From NCBI GenBank assembly GCA_002786915.1, contig PCUV01000104.1, positions 8,934 to 72,933 on the forward strand: a DNA stretch of 64,000 bases. Direction: 5' to 3'. Source of the DNA: Comamonadaceae bacterium CG12_big_fil_rev_8_21_14_0_65_59_15. Lineage in GTDB: Bacteria; Pseudomonadota; Gammaproteobacteria; Burkholderiales; Burkholderiaceae_C. Of this stretch, positions 58,218-64,000 are shown in pieces. The notes beneath the pieces are model-generated. The model did not search any database. It was given only the letters and a program-made list of their open reading frames with translations, and was not told the origin of the DNA. The position numbers and the translations under genes were made by a program. Numbering within the stretch: position 1 is the stretch's first letter; the number at the start of each line of letters is the position of its first letter.

Positions 58218-59309
58218 CTACTGGGAAAGAAGTGGAGCAACCGCGCGGCGCTGCACCGAACGGTAAACATCAAGCCGTACATACCATTGGTCCAGCACAT
58301 ACAGGCGCGCGTCGGTGTCAATCGCCAGGCCAGACGGCAGCATGTAAGTAGCCGCTGCCCCCACATCACCACGACTGCCAATCACGTAACGATAGTCGCC
58401 CCCGGGGCCAAACACCTGAATATTGCCAAACGAGGCATCGGTCACATACACCAGGCCTTGCGCGTCAGTGGCAATTTCCTTGGGCCGTTGAAACTGCCCC
58501 GGACGTTTGCCCGCACTGCCAAAGCTTTTGAGGTACTGCCCATGCGCATCAAAAATCTGGATGCGATAGTTTCCACTGTCCACCACATACAAGCGGCCGT
58601 CTTGCCCCACTGCGGCATCCAGCGGCCGATCAAATTCACCCGGGCCTTCACCGCCGTTGCCGATATCCATCAGGTGGCTGCCCGTGACCGCGTTGAACAC
58701 GCGCACCCGGTGCTGCCCTTCGGTCTGGTCAACGGCATAGACGCGCTGACGATCGGAATCCACCGCCACATTGATCAGCTTGCGCAGCCAGCGCGACCCG
58801 CCCAGCTTACGCAACTCTCGCCCCTGCGCGTCCAGCACCAGCACATAGCCCGACAAACCGTCGGCCACATACCAGTTGCCGCTACGGTCCACGCTGATGC
58901 CCACTGGCATGCGCTGCCCCCCCTGCGCCGACAAATCAACACTGAAAAATTGGCGTTGTGCAAAGTCAAACACGCTCAGCGACGAGTCCAGCGCGTTGAT
59001 CACCGCCACCCGCCCCTGGTGCGCAGCCAGCGCCAGCGGCCGACTCAAACCTTTACCGCCGCCACGTTTAGCACCCACCAGCAGGGTCAAAAAACCGCTG
59101 TCAGCGCCTTGATTGGCCAGGTCATTGGCCTCAAACACACTGCGCTCAAACTGGTAGGCCGGTGCCGCCGGTGGTGGCGGAAACACGCGCGGTGCCTCGG
59201 GCTCAGTGCTCTGTGGCCCGGTGGCACCACAGCCTGCCAGCACCAGCATACAAGCCAGCACCAGCGCCACCACCCCACGCCGCCCATTAAAGTTGTTTGT
59301 CATCACCAA
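58218..59309 (-). CDS. NHL-repeat beta-propeller lipoprotein
   Basis: Lipobox LAGC; repeats such as G.GPGEF.RP..., GRLYVVDSGN.RIQIFD, VYVTD. Confidence 0.9.
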   Translation of the reverse strand: MVMTNNFNGRRGVVALVLACMLVLAGCGATGPQSTEPEAPRVFPPPPAAPAYQFERSVFEANDLANQGADSGFLTLLVGAKRGGGKGLSRPLALAAHQGRVAVINALDSSLSVFDFAQRQFFSVDLSAQGGQRMPVGISVDRSGNWYVADGLSGYVLVLDAQGRELRKLGGSRWLRKLINVAVDSDRQRVYAVDQTEGQHRVRVFNAVTGSHLMDIGNGGEGPGEFDRPLDAAVGQDGRLYVVDSGNYRIQIFDAHGQYLKSFGSAGKRPGQFQRPKEIATDAQGLVYVTDASFGNIQVFGPGGDYRYVIGSRGDVGAAATYMLPSGLAIDTDARLYVLDQWYVRLDVYRSVQRRAVAPLLSQ

Positions 59310-60630
59310 TGCCCAGCTTTTTCATTTTTTCCCACAGGTTTTTGCGGCTGATGCCCAGCACGGCAGCGGTTTCGGCAATCTTGCCCTGCTTGCTTTTCAG
59401 AATCTGCTCAATGTACTGGCGCTCGTAGCTGCCCAGGTAGTCGTTGAGCGATGTTGCCTGTTGCTGCTCTTCTGGTTCAGGGTCCTGCACGCCACCAAAC
59501 AGCGCATTCGGCGTCAGCACCGCCTGGCTCGACAAAATGCAGGCGCGCTCCAACACACTCTTGAGCTCACGAATGTTGCCCGGCCAAGGGTGTTCCAGCA
59601 GCGCCTGTTCGGCCTGCGGGCTCAGCTCGCGCCGCGCGCGGCCGTGCTGCACTGCCTCGGCGTCGAGCATCAGGCCCGCCAGCCACAAAATGTCTTCCTT
59701 GCGCTCGCGCAGCGGTGGAATCTGCAGCTCCAGCACGTTGACACGGTAAAACAGGTCTTCGCGAAACTCGTTCGCTTCCACCATCTTCTTGAGGTTGCGG
59801 TTGGTGGCACACACCAGGTTGATGCTGATCGGAATCAGCTTTTCTGCGCCCACGCGCACCACCTTGCGCTCCTGGATCACGCGCAACAGCTTGACCTGCA
59901 TCGACAGCGGCATCTCGCCCACTTCGTCCAGAAACAGCGTGCCACCGTCGGCCTGTTCAAAATAGCCTTCCTTGTCGCGGATGGCGCCGGTGTAAGCGCC
60001 CTTGACGTAACCAAACATTTCGGCTTCCATCAGTGTCTCGGTGATGGCACCGCAGTTGACTGAAATAAACGGCTTCTTGTTGTCAGGGTCGCGCATACGA
60101 TGCAGCGCGCGCGCCACCACCTCTTTGCCCACGCCCGACTCACCGGTAATCAGCACCGTGATGTTGTCGGCCACCAGCCGTGGCAGCAGCGACTCGATAT
60201 GCCGCATCGGTTTGGAAATGCCCAGCACCGCCTTGCCGTCTGACGCGCCCTCGCCGATGGAGTTGCGGCTCAAAATATTGCGCACCATCTCGATCAGTAC
60301 GCGGATGTCAACCGGCTTGGTCAGATAGTCTTCAGCGCCCAGCTTGAGCAAGCTCACCGCACGGTCAATGGCACCATAGCCGGTCATAAAGATATACGGC
60401 GGCAATTCCACACCAGCGGCGCGCATCTCCTGAAACAGGCGCTCGCCGTCAATGTCTGGCAGCTTGATGTCGCTGATCACCACGCCAAACTTGTCTTTTG
60501 TCAGCGCAGCGCGCGCCGACTCGCCGGTCTTGAACCAGGTCCAATCCAAGCCCTCGATCTCAAAGCGGTCTGACACCGCCTCACCCATGATCTCGTCGTC
60601 TTCTATCAAACAAATGCGGTTCGAACTCAT
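59287..60630 (-). CDS. sigma54-dependent response regulator (NtrC family)
   Basis: Receiver IEDD/SD, GESGVGKE, EMFGYVKGAYTGA, FLDEVGE, WPGNIREL, Fis HTH. Confidence 0.95.
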   Translation of the reverse strand: MSSNRICLIEDDEIMGEAVSDRFEIEGLDWTWFKTGESARAALTKDKFGVVISDIKLPDIDGERLFQEMRAAGVELPPYIFMTGYGAIDRAVSLLKLGAEDYLTKPVDIRVLIEMVRNILSRNSIGEGASDGKAVLGISKPMRHIESLLPRLVADNITVLITGESGVGKEVVARALHRMRDPDNKKPFISVNCGAITETLMEAEMFGYVKGAYTGAIRDKEGYFEQADGGTLFLDEVGEMPLSMQVKLLRVIQERKVVRVGAEKLIPISINLVCATNRNLKKMVEANEFREDLFYRVNVLELQIPPLRERKEDILWLAGLMLDAEAVQHGRARRELSPQAEQALLEHPWPGNIRELKSVLERACILSSQAVLTPNALFGGVQDPEPEEQQQATSLNDYLGSYERQYIEQILKSKQGKIAETAAVLGISRKNLWEKMKKLGIGDDKQL

Positions 60631-62096
60631 GCTTGCTTTGTCTCTGCCATTGGCAATGTGACCGAGAACCTGACCCGGCCATTTTCTTGCTGCAAGTCTA
60701 TCTTGCCGCCCAGCTGCTGCACGATCTGGTACGTCACCCACAGCCCCAAACCATGGCCCTGGCCCGATTGGCTCAGCGGCGAAAACGGCTCAAACAAATG
60801 CGCGCGCTGCTCGGGCGTAAAGTCCTTGCCATCGTTTTCCACCCACAGCAACAACTGTTCGCCCTGATCTTGCACCCGGCACTCCACCACACCCCGGCAA
60901 TTGGCTGCCTGGATCGCGTTAAGAAGCAGGTTGATCAGCACCTGGCGCACCTGATTGGCCTGTAGCGGCACAGCGCGCGCCAGGTCGCTTGCCCACTGCA
61001 ATTGCAGCTCTTTCTTTTGCACCTGCGGGAACACCAGCGAACGCACATCTTCCACGTCTTGCGGCTCCAGATCACGGTTGCGCACACGCGCTTCCACCAG
61101 CAGCGCCCCTACCGTCTGCTTGATTTGCTTGAGCCCGCGCTGGATCAATGCCACCGTCTTGGCCGTGCGGGCATCCATGTTGCCATAAGCATTGAGCGTA
61201 TCAATGGCGGTGAGCATGCCGCCCAGCGGGTTGTTGATCTCATGCGCCACCCCGGCGGCCAGATGCCCGACGGCAGCCAGCCGCTCAGAGTGCACCACTT
61301 GTTTTTCTAACGCATCTTTGTCCTGTTGTTCGATCAACATTCGTTTGTAAGCCTGAAACAGCACCCCCAGTTCATCGTGGTAGGGATAGAGCTGGTCCAC
61401 CACCTCGGTGGCGGCGTTCAGGTCGTTTTCTCGCATGCGCTGACTGATCAGCACCAGCGGCCGTACCGTGCGGTGTGCCCAGTACCAGTTAACCGGCAGC
61501 AACACCGCCAGCGCAATCAAGCCCATGGTGGCACCGTGGATCAGAATCTGGAAGAAGCGTGGCCACAAAATCTCGTCTTTGGCGTGCACCACAATCAAGG
61601 TGCCCAGCGTAAAGCCGTCGTGCATGATGGGCGCAGCAATGTAAAAATTTTTCTCGTCCTGCATGTCGTAGGTCGAGTTGGTCAGATTTTTCGACTCGGT
61701 AATACGCTGCACAAACATGCTGTATTCGGGCGTCAACTGGTTCACCGTCGTGCCCATCGGGATCAACATCGGGTCGGTCGATGTGACCACCTTGAGCTCG
61801 TTGTCAAGCACCAGAATAAAGCGCGGCTTTTGAATATCTTTGGCGTGGGATGAAACCAGCGGCGCATTGATGATGCCAAAAGCGCGCCACAGGTCGTCTT
61901 CCATCAACGGATGAAACAAATCGTCAGCCAGCCGGTGCGCCAGGCTGGACGAGCCCGCCAGCAGGTTCTGGCGCAAGTCGTCATACGCCTTATAGACCAG
62001 CGACAGTGACACCAGCAGCGTCGTCACAACAATCAAAAAGCTGCCCCAGATCGGAATCTTGTAGCGCAGGCTCAGGTCAAAAAAGCGTTTCATCAT
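60627..62096 (-). CDS. HAMP-domain sensor histidine kinase
   Basis: Two TM, HDELG, AHEINNPL, NLLLNA, GHGLGL. Confidence 0.94.
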   Translation of the reverse strand: MMKRFFDLSLRYKIPIWGSFLIVVTTLLVSLSLVYKAYDDLRQNLLAGSSSLAHRLADDLFHPLMEDDLWRAFGIINAPLVSSHAKDIQKPRFILVLDNELKVVTSTDPMLIPMGTTVNQLTPEYSMFVQRITESKNLTNSTYDMQDEKNFYIAAPIMHDGFTLGTLIVVHAKDEILWPRFFQILIHGATMGLIALAVLLPVNWYWAHRTVRPLVLISQRMRENDLNAATEVVDQLYPYHDELGVLFQAYKRMLIEQQDKDALEKQVVHSERLAAVGHLAAGVAHEINNPLGGMLTAIDTLNAYGNMDARTAKTVALIQRGLKQIKQTVGALLVEARVRNRDLEPQDVEDVRSLVFPQVQKKELQLQWASDLARAVPLQANQVRQVLINLLLNAIQAANCRGVVECRVQDQGEQLLLWVENDGKDFTPEQRAHLFEPFSPLSQSGQGHGLGLWVTYQIVQQLGGKIDLQQENGRVRFSVTLPMAETKQA

Positions 62097-62974
62097 TCTT
62101 CACCCAAGGCGCGGCGCATCTGCACCTGGTGCTCGTAAACACGTTCATCGCCCGGCACAAACGCATCCACGCGCATACGCTTGAGCAGTTCTTTGCCTTT
62201 GGGGTCCTTGTCCATGCCCAACAACAAGCGCTGCACGTTACGCACATCCTGCGCGTCAGCGCTGCGGTTGGCAAGAAACGCCGGTGCACCGTAGGCTTGC
62301 GAGCGCGCCACTACGCGCACGGCTGCGCTCAGGCCTGGCTGCTCTTTGAGCATGCTGTCCCAGATTGCACTGTCAACCGCCCCCGCATGTGCCAGGCCCA
62401 GCGCCACTGCCTTGATCACGTCCTTGTGCGAGCGCGTAAAAAACGTGCGCTTGAAGAATCGCTCGGGGTTTTCACCGGCACTGAGCAATTGGTAGCGTAT
62501 GTCAAGATAACTGCCGTTGGACTGGCGATCGGCAAACACAAACACGGCACCGCGCAACTGCGCCAGTGAGGTCGTGTGCACGTTGTGCGCGGACACGATC
62601 AGGTACGACGACGCATACGGCTGCCCCTGGTACAGCGGTGTCGCCAGCAGTTGCGCGTGATCCTTGAACTGGCTGTCGGGGTGGTCTGTGACCCAGGCAA
62701 AGTCCATTTTGGCACGCACCATCTCGGCGGTGGTGTTGTTGAAGCGCCCATGCACGACGGTCTCGACGGAATGGTTCAGCCGTTTCTCCAGATAGACCCT
62801 GAATTCGTCAATCAGGAAATAGTCCAGCCCCAGTGTCTTGTGTGGAATGCCAATGCGGATCGGCAGCAGATGCGAGTCGGCGTGCGACACCACGGGTAGC
62901 CCGGCCAGGCAGGCTAAACCAAGTGCACCACAAAAATACCGTCGCGTTGAAATCAAACCAAGCCTCTTTGTCAA
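62093..62974 (-). CDS. PhnD-like periplasmic binding protein associated with the two-component system
   Basis: Tat-like STRRYFCGALG, PLYQGQPY..SYLIV, SHKDVIKAVA.GLA.AGAVD; start codon uncertain. Confidence 0.82.
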   Translation of the reverse strand: MTKRLGLISTRRYFCGALGLACLAGLPVVSHADSHLLPIRIGIPHKTLGLDYFLIDEFRVYLEKRLNHSVETVVHGRFNNTTAEMVRAKMDFAWVTDHPDSQFKDHAQLLATPLYQGQPYASSYLIVSAHNVHTTSLAQLRGAVFVFADRQSNGSYLDIRYQLLSAGENPERFFKRTFFTRSHKDVIKAVALGLAHAGAVDSAIWDSMLKEQPGLSAAVRVVARSQAYGAPAFLANRSADAQDVRNVQRLLLGMDKDPKGKELLKRMRVDAFVPGDERVYEHQVQMRRALGEE

Positions 62975-63067
62975 CTCATGAACCTTGCAAAAAAATTCAA
63001 GGGCCCAACACCGACCGCCATTTTTCCACCAACGCCCACAGCGCCGGGCGCGAGGTGCAACACAAAT

Positions 63068-63081
63068 ATGACATAAATCAA
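63068..63081. promoter_or_regulatory. FNR-like box
   Basis: ATGACATAAATCAA, one perfect half of TTGAT-N4-ATCAA. Confidence 0.35.
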
Positions 63082-63137
63082 AGAAAGCAAAATTAGCCCC
63101 CTCCACCCAACCCATGCTCCCTAAAATCGTCAACGCG

Positions 63138-63153
63138 TGGCAACGGGCATGCG
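63138..63153 (+). promoter_or_regulatory. Possible sigma54 promoter for the cytochrome c gene
   Basis: TGGCAACGGGCATGCG, GG-N10-GC. Confidence 0.45.
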
Positions 63154-63225
63154 TTACGGCGCAGTGGCAAGCAATTTCCACAACCGGTCAAGCACCATTT
63201 GTTCAACTTTTTAACGGGATTTTTT

Positions 63226-63549
63226 ATGAAGAAACTGAGCCTTTCCCTGATCGCCATCGCCGCCCTGGCAGTAGGCGCCTCCACCGCCGCTTTTGCTGAC
63301 GCCGAAGGCCTGCTCAAAACCAGCAAGTGCACCAAGTGCCACGCCGCTGACAAAGACAAATCAGGCCCGTCTTGGAAAAAAGTAGCTGAAAAATACAAGG
63401 GCAAGGCCGACGCCGAAGCCAAGCTGTTCACGCACGTGACCACCGGCCCCAAGGTCAAGATTGACGGCGAAGAAGAAACCCACGCCAAGATCAAGAGCAC
63501 CGACGAAGCCGCTATCAAAGAAGTGATTGGCTTCATCCTGAAGCACTAA
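63226..63549 (+). CDS. Monoheme class I cytochrome c, MtoD-like (probable bis-His)
   Basis: Signal peptide, CTKCH, GPSWKKVAEKYKGKADAEAKL, EETH; no Met in the mature sequence. Confidence 0.88.
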   Translation: MKKLSLSLIAIAALAVGASTAAFADAEGLLKTSKCTKCHAADKDKSGPSWKKVAEKYKGKADAEAKLFTHVTTGPKVKIDGEEETHAKIKSTDEAAIKEVIGFILKH

Positions 63550-63579
63550 GCGCGTCCTGGCTTCACCTTTTGAATGTAG

Positions 63580-63608
63580 CCCGCCAGCCCAAAGCTGGCG
63601 GGTTTTTT
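63580..63608 (+). terminator. Rho-independent terminator
   Basis: CCCGCCAGC-ccaaa-GCTGGCGGG-TTTTTT. Confidence 0.9.
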
Positions 63609-64000
63609 ATTGGGCGCTACGCACCACGTGATCAAGCCCATGCACACTGAGCAATTGCTGCACCACACTGGCTTGCAACACATCTTTGCGACGATTGAGC
63701 GGGTCGCGATCGGGCTGGTCACTGAGCGCGCTTTTGATACGCTGAAAACTCTGGGGCAAGGGCACATGCATGGTGGCCATCGTGCCGTTGGTCGCCACCA
63801 CCACCTGTGAAAAGCGCCCACCATCCAGCAACGCCTGCCCACTGGGCACCTGCACAGCCCAAAAATCATCTTCAAATTCAGACACCCGCAGGGGGTGTGG
63901 GTCGCTACCGGACCGGCTGTTGGCCATGCGGCGAATCACGTCAACCTCAAACCCGTGCGCGTTGACTGCGGTGTATTTTTGGTCGTCGCGCAACGCAAAT
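63607..64000 (-). CDS. C-terminal part of a probable GSU2403-family nucleotidyltransferase-fold protein
   Basis: AVNAHGFEVDVIRR, P.P..F..IK..LS..PDRDP..RRKD..QA; start outside window; family call from recall. Confidence 0.6.
   Translation of the reverse strand, partial: FALRDDQKYTAVNAHGFEVDVIRRMANSRSGSDPHPLRVSEFEDDFWAVQVPSGQALLDGGRFSQVVVATNGTMATMHVPLPQSFQRIKSALSDQPDRDPLNRRKDVLQASVVQQLLSVHGLDHVVRSAQ

Noticed and set aside
337-63993. Many long antisense or alternate-frame ORFs in the track (e.g. 4493-5716, 30444-31643, 49046-50536)
   Set aside because: Typical shadow ORFs of high-GC coding sequence with no motifs.
1-64000. tRNA/rRNA genes, transposases, integrases, prophage genes
   Set aside because: None recognised in the sequence or the ORF track.

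Overview
GC-rich betaproteobacterial chromosomal window; gene content and codon style suggest Comamonadaceae, possibly Rhodoferax-like (inference). It is mostly core genes: selO-msrB-yciB-bolA-PPIase, cysK/metY, rlhA, dinG, aapJQMP, pmbA-yjgA-mog, cysE-trmJ-suhB, phaC, proQ, the frc sugar ABC operon, mutL, a MATE pump, ubiC and ETF-QO. Accessory content includes four toxin-antitoxin loci (two broken), a CP-ATP-grasp/alpha-E plus transglutaminase pair, and a right-hand redox island (PhnD-like protein, histidine kinase, sigma54 regulator, NHL lipoprotein, heptaheme cytochrome, two small membrane proteins, divergent MtoD-like cytochrome). Main unexplained signals: (1) a fixed-spacing ~60-bp motif found 12 times, 8 of them in frame inside genes and several apparently overlaid on conserved domains; (2) a multiheme/NHL/sigma54 locus resembling Geobacter omcE/omcS-type loci; (3) a perfect 37-33-37 bp repeat-spacer-repeat inside vapC; (4) a 217-bp structured repeat with compensatory base changes; (5) a (GGGTTT)6 tract upstream of rlhA. 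All family assignments come from motif recognition and recall; no database searches were run.
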